NCBI GenBank assembly: GCA_964615345.1
Contig: CAZTMR010000004.1
Span: 16-62,386, forward strand
Source of the DNA: an uncultured Dehalococcoidaceae bacterium
GTDB taxonomy: Bacteria; Chloroflexota; Dehalococcoidia; Dehalococcoidales; RBG-16-60-22
DNA: 62,371 nucleotides
Direction of reading: 5' to 3'
The notes under the pieces were generated by a model. The model saw only the letters and a list, made by a program, of their open reading frames with translations, was not told the origin of the DNA and did no database searches. Below, piece by piece: positions 32,798-43,027 of this stretch (position 1 is its first letter; each line of letters opens with the position of its first letter). Position numbers and translations under genes: made by a program.

Positions 32798-33892
32798 ATG
32801 CAGCTTAACATCGGCGTGTTACCCGGAGACGGAGTAGGCCCTGAAATCACCGCCGAGGCGATCAAGGTCCTTCAGGCGGTAAGTGAAAGTCGCGGTCATA
32901 ATTTGAACCTGAAGTACGGTCTGATTGGCGGGGTTGCTATAGACGAACAGGGAACGGCGCTGGCCCCGGAAACGCTGCAGATGTGCCGGGATAGTGACGC
33001 CGTGCTGCTAGGTGCGGTGGGCGGCCCCAAATGGGACGACCCGGGCGCCAGTGTCCGACCGGAAGACGGTCTGCTGACGATGCGTAAAAGCCTGGGACTC
33101 TTCGCTAATCTGCGTCCGGTGAAAGTGTTCCCGGAACTGGTGGACGCCACCAACCTCAAGCCTCAAGTCATTACGGGAGTGGACTTTATCTTTATCCGGG
33201 AACTTACCGGTGGTCTTTACTACGGCCAGCCCAAAAAGCGATGGCAAACGGCTGATGGCTGGCAGGCGGTCGATACCATGATTTACTCGGAAAACGAGAT
33301 TGAGCGCATCCTGAAAGTGGGCTTTGAGCTGGCCCGCAGACGCCAGAAGAAGCTGGTGTGCGTGGACAAAGCCAACGTGCTGGAAAACTCGCGCCTCTGG
33401 CGGCAGGTGGCGGGAAGAGTGGCTGCCGGGTATCCTGACGTTGAGCTGGAACATATGCTGGTGGATGCCTGTGCGATGAGACTGATACAAAATCCGGCGT
33501 ACTTTGACGTGGTGGTTACTGAAAATACCTTCGGCGATATTCTGACCGATGAAGCCTCGATGCTGGCTGGTTCCCTGGGAATGCTGCCTTCGGCCAGCCT
33601 GGCGGGAGTACCACAGGAGGACACCCGTACCTTCGGTCTGTATGAGCCCAGTCACGGTAGCGCGCCGCGCCGCGCTGGACTTGACGTGATTAATCCTATC
33701 GCCACGATTCTCAGTGCCGCTTTTATGCTCCGGTATTCCTTCGGTCTGAACGAAGAAGCGCAGGCAGTTGAAAATGCCGTCGCTCGCTTTATGGCCGGAG
33801 GTTACCGCACCTATGACATAATGAGTGCTGGCAATAAAGAAGTGGGCACCAGAGAAGCCGGTGATATAATTGCCGCCGGAGTGAAAGACTAG
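32798..33892 (+). CDS. leuB: 3-isopropylmalate dehydrogenase
   Basis: GDGVGPE, RELTGGLY, DKANV, EPSHGSAP. Confidence 0.96.
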   Translation: MQLNIGVLPGDGVGPEITAEAIKVLQAVSESRGHNLNLKYGLIGGVAIDEQGTALAPETLQMCRDSDAVLLGAVGGPKWDDPGASVRPEDGLLTMRKSLGLFANLRPVKVFPELVDATNLKPQVITGVDFIFIRELTGGLYYGQPKKRWQTADGWQAVDTMIYSENEIERILKVGFELARRRQKKLVCVDKANVLENSRLWRQVAGRVAAGYPDVELEHMLVDACAMRLIQNPAYFDVVVTENTFGDILTDEASMLAGSLGMLPSASLAGVPQEDTRTFGLYEPSHGSAPRRAGLDVINPIATILSAAFMLRYSFGLNEEAQAVENAVARFMAGGYRTYDIMSAGNKEVGTREAGDIIAAGVKD

Positions 33893-34097
33893 AACTATTC
33901 TTATCAGGGGCGTCTATCACCTCGCGGAAGGACCACACGGAATATCGACTGGCCCGGAGAGAGAAGGGAATGGGCTTCTTTTTCTATTTCCGACTCGGTG
34001 GCGGGTGACAGCACTTTCAGATGACAGGGTTCTTTAAGCCCGCCATCGTATCTAGTATAATATTTATTGATTAAGCATGGAAAAGCGGGGTCCGGTG

Positions 34098-34691
34098 ATG
34101 GGTGAAGAAATAAAAAGCGCTCGTGAAATAGTCGAGGAAAAAATCAAGGAACTGGGCGAACCGACCGAAGAGGAACGCCTGCGCTGGAAATACGTGCCCG
34201 AGGGCGAGCAATTGTCTGCCCGGTACCTGCGGCAGGATGTGAACCTTTCGGATGAAATCGGCAAGTACGATGAAAAAGCCAGGCAATACCTCACCGAGGG
34301 CGCCACGGAAGTATTGCTGAGAAATATCAAACTTCCGCAAACGGATGCAGATAAAAAGAGCAACCGAAGGGCCATGGAGGGCATAAAGGCACTGAAGAAA
34401 AACAAAGTGGCTGTGGAAAACGTCTTCAGCCAGATGAGACGCGTTTTTGAGCACTATCAGGGACAGGGTGAGCAGCAGCAGAAGCAGGCCTACGAGGCAC
34501 TGAAAGCTGATTTTGCTGCCCAGGTGCAGGCAGCGATAAAGCAGCAGTACGGGACGCTTGGAGATGTGAACCTGGATATTGAATCTCAGCCGCAGTTTCA
34601 GGAAGAATGGCGGAAAATGCAGGCCAGGCTTAACGAGCAGTATCTCAAGCTATTAAACGAATACAAGCTGGAAATAGCTGCCCTTGATTAG
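34098..34691 (+). CDS. hypothetical helical protein
   Basis: Long charged/helical ORF, first of a three-gene run; start 34077 or 34098. Confidence 0.7.
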   Translation: MGEEIKSAREIVEEKIKELGEPTEEERLRWKYVPEGEQLSARYLRQDVNLSDEIGKYDEKARQYLTEGATEVLLRNIKLPQTDADKKSNRRAMEGIKALKKNKVAVENVFSQMRRVFEHYQGQGEQQQKQAYEALKADFAAQVQAAIKQQYGTLGDVNLDIESQPQFQEEWRKMQARLNEQYLKLLNEYKLEIAALD

Positions 34692-34708
34692 GTAACGGGG
34701 AACGTAAC

Positions 34709-35404
34709 ATGAGCGGTCAGGACGAAAGAATTGAATACGCGGTCAGCCGCACCGAAATATTAAGGCTGCCGGAACAAAGTCTCTCCACTTTCGGCACTAC
34801 CAGTATCTATTATTACCTGCTCACCGAACCATCTTATGCCGAATTTAGCCGGGATAAAGAGGAGACCGTTATCAGGGAGGGGAGGGTAATCGCCCAGAAA
34901 CCAAGGATTGTCACCCCGTATTATCTTTCCCGTCTCGAGGGTTTCAGCAGGGAAGCCAGGGAATATTTTAACTCGCTTATCACCAGCTACGGATCGGACG
35001 CACCGGGGCTTTTTTACACTTATCGCAATGAACCGAAAGAACTCAACATCGTGTCGGGCCAGTGGCGGGAGGTGATGGACAAACTGGATGCCGAGATTGA
35101 TAAACGTGGCGATCCGTTGACGTCCATCATCAAAGGGCTGGACAACCTGTGGGATGTTTCATTGATGAAGTTTATCTACGACGTAGCCAGGAACTCGGTA
35201 AAAAAGAACCTGTCTCAGATGAATGCGCGCGGCCTCCTGGAGATAGACTCCAGCGGCGTGCCGGCGGACGCCCGGGTCAGGATTGAGGCTATGTTCGGGC
35301 GGGCGATTAAGGGAGAATTTGACCCGCGCGAGCTGAAAATGGAACTCGACCGGTGGAACCTGTTTTCCGAATACGAGGACAGATTCTTCGCCCTGTTCCG
35401 GTAA
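34709..35404 (+). CDS. hypothetical protein
   Basis: 231-aa ORF in operon-like spacing; no recognisable catalytic motif. Confidence 0.7.
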   Translation: MSGQDERIEYAVSRTEILRLPEQSLSTFGTTSIYYYLLTEPSYAEFSRDKEETVIREGRVIAQKPRIVTPYYLSRLEGFSREAREYFNSLITSYGSDAPGLFYTYRNEPKELNIVSGQWREVMDKLDAEIDKRGDPLTSIIKGLDNLWDVSLMKFIYDVARNSVKKNLSQMNARGLLEIDSSGVPADARVRIEAMFGRAIKGEFDPRELKMELDRWNLFSEYEDRFFALFR

Positions 35405-35444
35405 TGAGGGATAGCCAGTCCCGGAGGGAGCCGAGGTTTTAGAA

Positions 35445-36092
35445 ATGAAGATTGAATTAATCGAAGCGAGAGATCTGTCAGAGGCCTGGTTCCTTTGCCT
35501 CTGCAAGACCCTGACCGAAGGTCACGAGTACAAGATCGAGCGGGGGAGCTATGCCGGGGAACGGCGTAAGGAACTCGAGTTTATTGTGGTCAGAACAAAA
35601 CACCCGGCAACCAGACCGCTCATCCCGGATGTGCCGCAGGGAATCCCTCCCCCCAGCACTATGGATTACGTGGAAAGTTATTTGCCCTACTTGATGACGG
35701 CGCACCGGAAAGAAGGCGAACAGTACACTTACGGGCAGTATCTGGAGACCCAGATCGCCGAGGTCATCCGCATGTACCGGGAAGACGGTTACAACACCAA
35801 TCAGGCTTTTATGGCGGTGGGAGATGACCGGTCTATCTTCCTGTCTGACCCGCCCTGTCTACGGGCAATAGACACCCGCATTCGGGATAATAAACTTAAT
35901 TTCATTGTTTACTTCCGTTCCTGGGATCTCTGGGCCGGTTTTCCCTCGAACCTTGCCGCCATCCAGCTGCTGAAAGAGTATATGGCCAGCGAGATAGGAG
36001 TCGACGACGGCGAAATAATAGCTATGAGTAAAGGTTTGCATATCTATGAGTACGCGTGGGAACTGGCCAAAATCGCCGTCAGGATGACTTAG
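35445..36092 (+). CDS. thyA: short thymidylate synthase-like protein
   Basis: YTYG, PPC catalytic Cys, RSWD..GFPSN, LHIY. Confidence 0.75.
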   Translation: MKIELIEARDLSEAWFLCLCKTLTEGHEYKIERGSYAGERRKELEFIVVRTKHPATRPLIPDVPQGIPPPSTMDYVESYLPYLMTAHRKEGEQYTYGQYLETQIAEVIRMYREDGYNTNQAFMAVGDDRSIFLSDPPCLRAIDTRIRDNKLNFIVYFRSWDLWAGFPSNLAAIQLLKEYMASEIGVDDGEIIAMSKGLHIYEYAWELAKIAVRMT

Positions 36093-36194
36093 ATTATTCG
36101 CTTCCGGTCTTGCCGGGAGTCTTTCCCTCCGGGTTGACACCGCGTAAAAATATCCGGCAGCCCTGGATTCATTTTCCCCGTTCCGGTACTTACG

Positions 36195-37430
36195 GTGATG
36201 ATAAAATTAAAAACGGGACTTGTTCTCGGATTCTGTCTGGTGATTTTGGGCCTTTTCCCGGCAGGATGCGCGAGGGGTGAGAGCTTTCACTCCGGTCTGG
36301 ACACGATTGTAAGGCCGTATAGCTTCAACATCGTGAAATGGGAACTGGCGTCACTGTCCGGCAATCAGGGAAGAAGGGTTCCGGACAGCAGCATCGAAAT
36401 CGCCGGTGAGAACGACCCGGTGACCGTTTTTTTTGCCCTGGGTGACAAAATAAATGAACTGGAAGCTGAAATAGAGACGGAGGAGGCCGGCGGGAGAGTC
36501 CGGGCTGTCATCGAAAAAGAGCTGGCCGAAACACGCGCACAAAAGCGGGCTCTGGCAGAGGCAGTGGAGAAAACAATAGAAAGACAGGTAAGGGACGGAT
36601 TCCGGGAACAGGATATTTACAATCCCGTATATAGATTTATCAAGGCGGAAATCAGCTTTCCGCCGCTCAGCTTTATCCTGGACAAACCGCCGCATTTACT
36701 GGTAGTGTCCCCGCGCGACCGTATAGAAAGTATCCGTAAAATTACCCTTTCACAGGACATAGACCGGGACGATATGGAGAAAATAGAGGCACAGGTTGAT
36801 GCACTGGGTGTCTCGTCTCTGGTGGTGGGACTCGGTGGTTTCGGGGGTACCTACCCCACATTTGTCACCGATAGGGCGGACTTGAAATTTACCCTTAACG
36901 CCGTGGCTGAGGAGTGGCTGCACCAGTACCTCTCTTTCAAGCCACTGGGGTTCCTATACCTGCTAGACCTGAGCGGCATTGCTCGGAACTATGACATCGC
37001 CGTAATGAATGAGACACTGGCGGGTATCGTCAGCGAAGAAATTGGCGCTGCCGTTTACCAGAAATACTATGCCGGAACCAGACCAGAACCAGACCGCGGG
37101 GAGCGGGCCGGAAACGGTTTTGACTTCAACCGGGAGATGAGAGAGATAAGGAGGACGGTAGACGAACTCCTCGCCCGGGACGAGATAGAGCTGGCGGAGG
37201 GCTTTATGGAGAGGAAACGGCAGCTTCTCGCCGAAAGAGGTTACCATATCCGGAAGTTGAACCAGGCGTATTTTGCCTTCTACGGCACTTATGCTGATGA
37301 CCCCACCTCCATCAGCCCTATCGGGACGGAGATGAAAGCCCTCCGGGAGCGGAGCGCCTCTCTGCCGGAGTTTCTGGAAACGGTAGCGGGAATGACCAGC
37401 CGGCAGGACCTGTCTCTCAGCCTTCAGTAA
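36195..37430 (+). CDS. putative lipoprotein, degenerate zincin-like
   Basis: Signal peptide with PAGC lipobox; EEWLH...NETLA; LNQAYFAFYG. Confidence 0.6.
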   Translation: MMIKLKTGLVLGFCLVILGLFPAGCARGESFHSGLDTIVRPYSFNIVKWELASLSGNQGRRVPDSSIEIAGENDPVTVFFALGDKINELEAEIETEEAGGRVRAVIEKELAETRAQKRALAEAVEKTIERQVRDGFREQDIYNPVYRFIKAEISFPPLSFILDKPPHLLVVSPRDRIESIRKITLSQDIDRDDMEKIEAQVDALGVSSLVVGLGGFGGTYPTFVTDRADLKFTLNAVAEEWLHQYLSFKPLGFLYLLDLSGIARNYDIAVMNETLAGIVSEEIGAAVYQKYYAGTRPEPDRGERAGNGFDFNREMREIRRTVDELLARDEIELAEGFMERKRQLLAERGYHIRKLNQAYFAFYGTYADDPTSISPIGTEMKALRERSASLPEFLETVAGMTSRQDLSLSLQ

Positions 37431-37519
37431 CCGGGCGCTCCGGGGTTGAGCTTTGGCAAAACAACTGATATTATGATGAAAGCCCCGAAACCATGCTGAC
37501 GAAAGAGAGGTGACCACCG

Positions 37520-38017
37520 ATTAACGTAAGAACACTGACTGCGGAGAAAATCACCCTTGAACTCGGTAAGTGCGGCGTGACTCACGTTGTTTGTTTGCCG
37601 GATGGCGAGAGCAATTCCGTATATGAGGCGGTTACCGAGCAGAACGAGATGACAGTTGTCCCCGTCTGCCGGGAGGGAGAAGCGGTGGCTATCGCCGCCG
37701 GTCTTCTGCTGGGCGGCAAGACACCGGTCGTGCTGCACCAGAACACCGGCTTTTTCGAATCGGGCGATTCCATAAGAGGTCTGGCCCTGGACCTCAATCT
37801 GCCCCTGTTGATGCTTATCGGGTACCGCGGCTGGCGGCGGGACAAACCGCTGACTGACTCCGCGGCTGTTTTCCTGGAGCCGGTGCTGGATGCCATGGGT
37901 ATCAATCATTACCTGGTGGAAAGCCCGGAGGATGTTAGCGTGGTTTCCCGCGGTTTTAAAGAAGCTACCGATACACAGAAGCCGGTTGCCATTCTGATTG
38001 GAACGGGAGGGAAATAG
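37520..38017 (+). CDS. sulfopyruvate/phosphonopyruvate decarboxylase alpha-like subunit (ComD-like); probable ATT start
   Basis: LPD, CREGEAVAIAAG, QNTG, IGYRG; frame open from 37514; GAGGTGA 6 nt before ATT 37520. Confidence 0.8.
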   Translation: MNVRTLTAEKITLELGKCGVTHVVCLPDGESNSVYEAVTEQNEMTVVPVCREGEAVAIAAGLLLGGKTPVVLHQNTGFFESGDSIRGLALDLNLPLLMLIGYRGWRRDKPLTDSAAVFLEPVLDAMGINHYLVESPEDVSVVSRGFKEATDTQKPVAILIGTGGK

Positions 38018-38019
38018 AT

Positions 38020-38586
38020 TTGATTGACGATTTTGAAGCCCTGAAAATCATCTCCGAACAGCGGGGCGATGCGATAGTGGTGGCGACGATGACGGCTAAC
38101 TTTATCTGGCCTCAGGTCTCTACCAATCCCGGTCTGGACCTGATGTTCAGCGGCGCGATGGGTAAAGCGTCATCTGTCGGCCTGGGCCTGGCGCTGGCCC
38201 GTCCCGACAAGCAAGTAATCGTGCTGGACGGTGAAGGCAGCCTTTTGATGAATCTGGGCACCCTGGTAACAGTCGCTCAGATGGCGCCGCGTAACTTTAT
38301 CCATTTTATCCTGGACAATGACGTCTACCGAACCTCGGGAGGACAGCCCATTCCCAATGCGGCAAAGACCAGCTATACCGGCTTCGCTCAGGCTGCCGGC
38401 TACGCATCTGTTCACTCCTTTGATAACCTGGAGAGCTTGAGGAAGAACATTGCTACCGTAATGAACCAGGTTGGGCCTGTCTTTGCCGTACTGAAGACCG
38501 TTCCCGCTCAGGAAAGACCCCCCTACCCGATAACCTTTATCACCGGTATCATCGGACGCTTTAAGACCGCTTTACGGAATGCCTGA
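38020..38586 (+). CDS. TPP-binding decarboxylase beta-like subunit (ComE-like)
   Basis: GAMG, GLGLALA, DGEGSLLMN, DN...SGGQP. Confidence 0.85.
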   Translation: MIDDFEALKIISEQRGDAIVVATMTANFIWPQVSTNPGLDLMFSGAMGKASSVGLGLALARPDKQVIVLDGEGSLLMNLGTLVTVAQMAPRNFIHFILDNDVYRTSGGQPIPNAAKTSYTGFAQAAGYASVHSFDNLESLRKNIATVMNQVGPVFAVLKTVPAQERPPYPITFITGIIGRFKTALRNA

Positions 38587-38625
38587 CTAACTGCGTCGGC
38601 TAAAAATATCTCGCTGCGGGCTCTT

Positions 38626-39741
38626 TTAGCTTTTATGCAGGATGGAGGGTGTCAGCTCGTAGTATTCGTTCCGGCAGGGAAACCCTTCGGCCACGTAGAT
38701 GCTGCGGCCGGTTAGATCCATAATCATCGATGACAGGGTGCCCCAGCCTTTCAGCCCTTCGTCATGCTTTCCGGTATGACGGCAGATGCTTTTCGGGTAG
38801 CTGAAGTGGTCGCCAAAGACCTTCTGAAAACCTCCGATATCAATGCGGCTCTTCTCCGCCTGCAGCATTTGCCGCGCCCGGTGGTGCCGGAGCAGCGTGT
38901 CCGGGTAGATGGATTTCAGCAAATCGGTAAAGCCGGGGCGTCCGGCAAAAGAAATAAAATGGTTGCTGTGGGTCAGTATATTACCTTCCGGATAGAGCAC
39001 CCCCGTATCGAACGGCGCTACCTCCAGGTCGACCGCAACCCCATCACTATGGGCGATGAGGAAGTTTCCGGACAGGGTCGCTCTCATCTTAAGTACCGCT
39101 TCCAGCGCTCCGTTAAAACTGGATGAATTCAGGATAGCCCGTGCCACAATGAGAAAAGGGGGCGCTTTGGCTTCGAAACTGTCTCCACTGGAGGCCATAC
39201 CGTTGAAGCAAACGCCAAGCCCCGTCGAGTTCATGCCACGGTGGGCCAGCGCGCCCGCTTCTGGCTGGGTCACAACGTTTGGCTTGCCTTCCTGTTCCGC
39301 CATTAGCAGTACGTTGGACTCCTGAAAGCGGGTGAGCCAGTCCCAGTTTTGCCCCAGCAGGCAATGCCCGGCCTTGGTAATCGGCGGCAGAGCGGCTACG
39401 GAGGTACAGCCGTCAGTGCCATATTTGCGGACGATACCCAGAGATAAGTTGATTTCATAGCGGGCGTTGATGGCGATGATATCTTCCAGCTCCAGTTTTG
39501 CCCCGCGGGCAACCCCTTTAAGCTCTTCCAGTAAATCGGCGTCATACCCTTCGATAACGCTTATCAGGGGCCGGCAGAGTTTTATCACATCGGCGCGGGA
39601 TACCTCCCACATGGCTTTCCACATCTCGAAATAGAGGCTGGCGTTACGCCTGATTAATTTTTCCGCCTGCGTGCCGTACTGCTCTCCGCATTCGAAAGGT
39701 TTGCCTTTGACCGAGACTACCGGTGTTTGTCTCGCCGCCAT
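38626..39741 (-). CDS. C45 family autoproteolytic Ntn hydrolase/acyltransferase
   Basis: NARYE, G|CTS nucleophile site, GQNWDW, GMNSTG, HSNHF. Confidence 0.88.
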   Translation of the reverse strand: MAARQTPVVSVKGKPFECGEQYGTQAEKLIRRNASLYFEMWKAMWEVSRADVIKLCRPLISVIEGYDADLLEELKGVARGAKLELEDIIAINARYEINLSLGIVRKYGTDGCTSVAALPPITKAGHCLLGQNWDWLTRFQESNVLLMAEQEGKPNVVTQPEAGALAHRGMNSTGLGVCFNGMASSGDSFEAKAPPFLIVARAILNSSSFNGALEAVLKMRATLSGNFLIAHSDGVAVDLEVAPFDTGVLYPEGNILTHSNHFISFAGRPGFTDLLKSIYPDTLLRHHRARQMLQAEKSRIDIGGFQKVFGDHFSYPKSICRHTGKHDEGLKGWGTLSSMIMDLTGRSIYVAEGFPCRNEYYELTPSILHKS

Positions 39742-39779
39742 AAATCACCCCCGTAACTTCAGTATATCACGAATTGCCT

Positions 39780-40799
39780 TCAGATGGTGCTCAGAAACCG
39801 GGCCAGCTCGTCACGCGGGAAGCAGGGTAGCTCATGCCGGCCTCCCGCCGTGTGCATCTCCAGCCCTGCTTCCGCTCCGACTACTTTGCCGATTACCGCG
39901 GCCGGCACACCGCTGTTTTGCAGCGCCTCTAGCAGGTTTTTCGTTTCGGAAGAGGGCACGGTGATTATCAGCGCTCCGGAAGCGAGAAGTCCCAGAGGGT
40001 CGAGTGATAGTTTGTCGCAGATATCCCGGCACTCCGGGAGTACCGGAACTTTTTCCTCGTCCAAGGTGATACCCACTCCGGCGGCAGTGGCAATCTCCCG
40101 CAGTCCGGTGGCCAGTCCGCCTTCGGTCGGGTCGTGCATGGCGTTAACCTTGACTGTATCACTGGCAATCAGGGCTTCTCTCAGGATGCTTATTCCCGGC
40201 GTAAAGATATAGGCGGCCGCCTTTTGCACGGTATCATTGGTGGCACCGGCGGAAAAGAGCGCCTGACGCGCCTCCCTGGCCAGAACCGCCGTACCTTCGA
40301 TGGCGATTCCTTTGGTGAGGAGGATGTCATCGCCGGGTTTTGCCCCGGAAGTGGTGATAAGTTGAGGGCCTGATGTTTCCCCGAGCATACAGCCGGTGAT
40401 TATCGGTCGATTGAGGTCGTGGGTTATCTCGGTGTGGCCTCCCACCAGAGTAATACCCAGAGCAGCGCAGGCCTGCAAGACCTGTTCCAGAATACTTTCC
40501 GCCTGCTCTTCAGTGCTGTTCTCCGGCAGAAGAACGGTGGCCAGAAACCAGCGTGGTTTCACGCCCATGGTGGCAATATCATTGGCGTTTACGTTTACCA
40601 CGTACCAGCCAATGAGATCGGTGGCAAAGGTAACCGGGTCCGTTTTCGCCATCAGAAGTTTCTGGCCATCGAGCTGGATTACCGCCACGTCTTCGCCAAT
40701 TGCGGGTCCCAGCAGCACCCGGTCGTCGCTGCTTTCAATCCTGTCCAGGAATTTCTGGAGCAGACTATTGGGCAGCTTTCCGGTGGGCAGTCTCTTCAC
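39780..40799 (-). CDS. AIR synthase (PurM/HypE)-like ATP-binding protein
   Basis: GED, TDP, ANDIATMG, GGHTE, MHDPTEGG. Confidence 0.88.
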   Translation of the reverse strand: MKRLPTGKLPNSLLQKFLDRIESSDDRVLLGPAIGEDVAVIQLDGQKLLMAKTDPVTFATDLIGWYVVNVNANDIATMGVKPRWFLATVLLPENSTEEQAESILEQVLQACAALGITLVGGHTEITHDLNRPIITGCMLGETSGPQLITTSGAKPGDDILLTKGIAIEGTAVLAREARQALFSAGATNDTVQKAAAYIFTPGISILREALIASDTVKVNAMHDPTEGGLATGLREIATAAGVGITLDEEKVPVLPECRDICDKLSLDPLGLLASGALIITVPSSETKNLLEALQNSGVPAAVIGKVVGAEAGLEMHTAGGRHELPCFPRDELARFLSTI

Positions 40800-40832
40800 C
40801 AGAACCTCGATTTCGGATGGTGGCGTTCGGAA

Positions 40833-41873
40833 TCAGGCAGCTTCTCGTAACCTTTCAAGCCTGGCCTGAAACAGCGGCTGGTCCCAGACATCCCGGTTAA
40901 CCAGTGACTGCGGCACCTCGCCTTTAACCAGGCTGATAATCTGGCTCACGTTTTCTTCCCATTTGTTCATCCAAATCTCTTCCGTGGAACCGATGCAGTG
41001 CGGAGTGGCAATGACGTTATCCATCTTCAGCAGGGGGTTATCAATGGGGGTAGGCTCCTGCTCGAAAACGTCAATAGCCGCTCCGGCAATCTGTTTATCC
41101 CGTAGTGCTCTTATCAGTGCCGCCTCATCCACTACCGGCCCGCGAGAAGTATTGATGAGATACGCGGACTCCCTCATTTTGCCCAGTTCGGCTTCTCCAA
41201 CCAGGTGACGTGTCTCGTCGTTTAGCGGACAGCTGATGCTGAGAAAATCCGCTTCGGTGAGCAACGTTTCCATATCTACCAGCCTGACGTTTACGTCTGC
41301 CAGTTCCGTCTGCGCGACGTAAGGGTCAAAGGCGATTTGTCTCATACCGAAGGCTCCAGCCAGCCGGAACATCTCGTGGCCGATACCGCCGATGCCGATA
41401 GAGCCCAGTGTCTTCCCTACCAGCCCTGTTCCGCGGTAGTTGTCTCTCTCCGCCCAGCGTCCTTCCTGTGCCAGCCTGACCTTTTCCGGGAAGCGCAGGC
41501 TTAAGGCAAGGATGAAGTTAATTATGGCCGTAGCCATGGGGCGCCGGACGGCTCCAGGGGTGTTGCAGACAGCCACTCCGGATGCGGTCAGGGCCGGAAC
41601 GTCTATCGGGTCATAACCGGCCGCGTTGCAGAGCACGGCAAGGAGCCGGTCGTTCCCGGTCAGGCTTTTTCCGGTGACGCCGGAGAGAAGGGTGACAATC
41701 ATGTCAAAACCTTCTATCTGCTCCGGAGAGAGAAAAGCCATATCTCCTTCCATAATTCTCCAGGCTGCGCCCGGTATATCGTCCAGATATTCCAGACCCC
41801 ACCCCGCGATGGAAAAATCACCGTTTTCCCGGAAAAGCTGATTGCTGATGCCGATGTTTACCTGCTTGCGCAA
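40833..41873 (-). CDS. D-2-hydroxyacid dehydrogenase family
   Basis: GIGGIG, INTSRG, DVFEQEP, TPH. Confidence 0.9.
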   Translation of the reverse strand: MRKQVNIGISNQLFRENGDFSIAGWGLEYLDDIPGAAWRIMEGDMAFLSPEQIEGFDMIVTLLSGVTGKSLTGNDRLLAVLCNAAGYDPIDVPALTASGVAVCNTPGAVRRPMATAIINFILALSLRFPEKVRLAQEGRWAERDNYRGTGLVGKTLGSIGIGGIGHEMFRLAGAFGMRQIAFDPYVAQTELADVNVRLVDMETLLTEADFLSISCPLNDETRHLVGEAELGKMRESAYLINTSRGPVVDEAALIRALRDKQIAGAAIDVFEQEPTPIDNPLLKMDNVIATPHCIGSTEEIWMNKWEENVSQIISLVKGEVPQSLVNRDVWDQPLFQARLERLREAA

Positions 41874-41913
41874 TGCTGTTACTCCTTGTTCTTCAGTAAG
41901 CTTGGCCCCGGTT

Positions 41914-42990
41914 TTATGGTTTCAGGAACGGTTTTAGCTGTTCTAGGTTGGCCGGGTCTGGCTTTATCTCTCCGCGTTCAACCTTGCTCATCACGTCAAC
42001 TATGGCCTGGTTCACCGGCGTTTCGATACCGGCTTCCCTGCCCCTTCTGACTACCTCCCCGTTGAGATAGTTTATTTCCGTCCGGCGGTTTTTCAGGACG
42101 TCCTGCAGCAGGGAAGGACGGTCCGGAGCGCCCAAGCTTTTCGTTTTTTCGGGAGAGAGGTAGCGTTGTCTTATCACCTCTTCCAGTTGCTCTTTAGCGT
42201 TCTGGATGGTGTCCGGAGTGGTGGCCTCGGCAAATACCGTGGCCGGCACTCCGAAAATGGGTGTGACGCTGATTCCCAGGGCTTGTGCTATCCGGGTCAC
42301 TTCACTGCCGGTGGCTACGCGGATGAGGTTGGCGGTCTCTTTCTGCTCATCGTTGAACGATGATATCTCTGGACCGACCAGCCCCGCCAGCGCGTTCATC
42401 ATGCAGTTTATAGTCAGCTTGGACCAGCGCGCTCCCCAGATATTGGTGGTGGCTTCGCTGGGGCCGATTACCTTCAGCATTTCCACCACTTCATTCACCC
42501 GGGGCGTAATCTGGCCGGAAAGCTCGCCGATGGTAAACGCGTGTGAAGTTATCGGGTCGGTACGCACTATGTGCCCCGGCTCATACACGCCGCAGCTGAT
42601 GGAAGGAACGCAACCGATGGTGCGATTATAGCCGATGATGCTCGCCACCACGTCATCGTTCAGAGCATTCTGGGCGGGGAGTATGAACGCTCCCGGTTTG
42701 AGGAACGGCTCGATAAGATAAGTTGACCAGCGGGTGTCATAGGATTTCACGGAAAGGAACACCATATCGAACTGCCGCTTCAAACTGCTGACGTCGCTGA
42801 TGTGGTACGCTTCCGCGGAAACACTGAACTGGCCATTAAGATCGGTGCATTTCAGACCGTTCCGGCGGATTTCATCAATGTGCTCCGCCCACTGGTCGAT
42901 AAGTGTTATATCCTTTCCTTCCCGGATGAGATAAGCTCCGATGACCGCGCCAATGGCGCCGGCGCCGAGAATGCCAATTGCCTTGCCCAA
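41914..42990 (-). CDS. ketopantoate reductase-like (PanE/ApbA) oxidoreductase
   Basis: GAGAIG, VKSYD, QN, WSKL..N, SLLQD, TEINYLNG. Confidence 0.88.
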   Translation of the reverse strand: MGKAIGILGAGAIGAVIGAYLIREGKDITLIDQWAEHIDEIRRNGLKCTDLNGQFSVSAEAYHISDVSSLKRQFDMVFLSVKSYDTRWSTYLIEPFLKPGAFILPAQNALNDDVVASIIGYNRTIGCVPSISCGVYEPGHIVRTDPITSHAFTIGELSGQITPRVNEVVEMLKVIGPSEATTNIWGARWSKLTINCMMNALAGLVGPEISSFNDEQKETANLIRVATGSEVTRIAQALGISVTPIFGVPATVFAEATTPDTIQNAKEQLEEVIRQRYLSPEKTKSLGAPDRPSLLQDVLKNRRTEINYLNGEVVRRGREAGIETPVNQAIVDVMSKVERGEIKPDPANLEQLKPFLKP

Positions 42991-43027
42991 TGATTACCTC
43001 CTGATTAAGCTTCTTTTTTATGGTGCC

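Noticed and set aside
33890-34024. Possible TAG readthrough (pyrrolysine) after leuB
   Set aside because: LeuB is already complete, the extension has no recognisable features and no pyl genes are present in the window.
33895-34030. SAM-I riboswitch-like fragments (TTCTTATC, GACTGGCCC, AGATG) after leuB
   Set aside because: Spacing is wrong, the GCAACC and kink-turn elements are missing, and the downstream gene is not sulfur-related.
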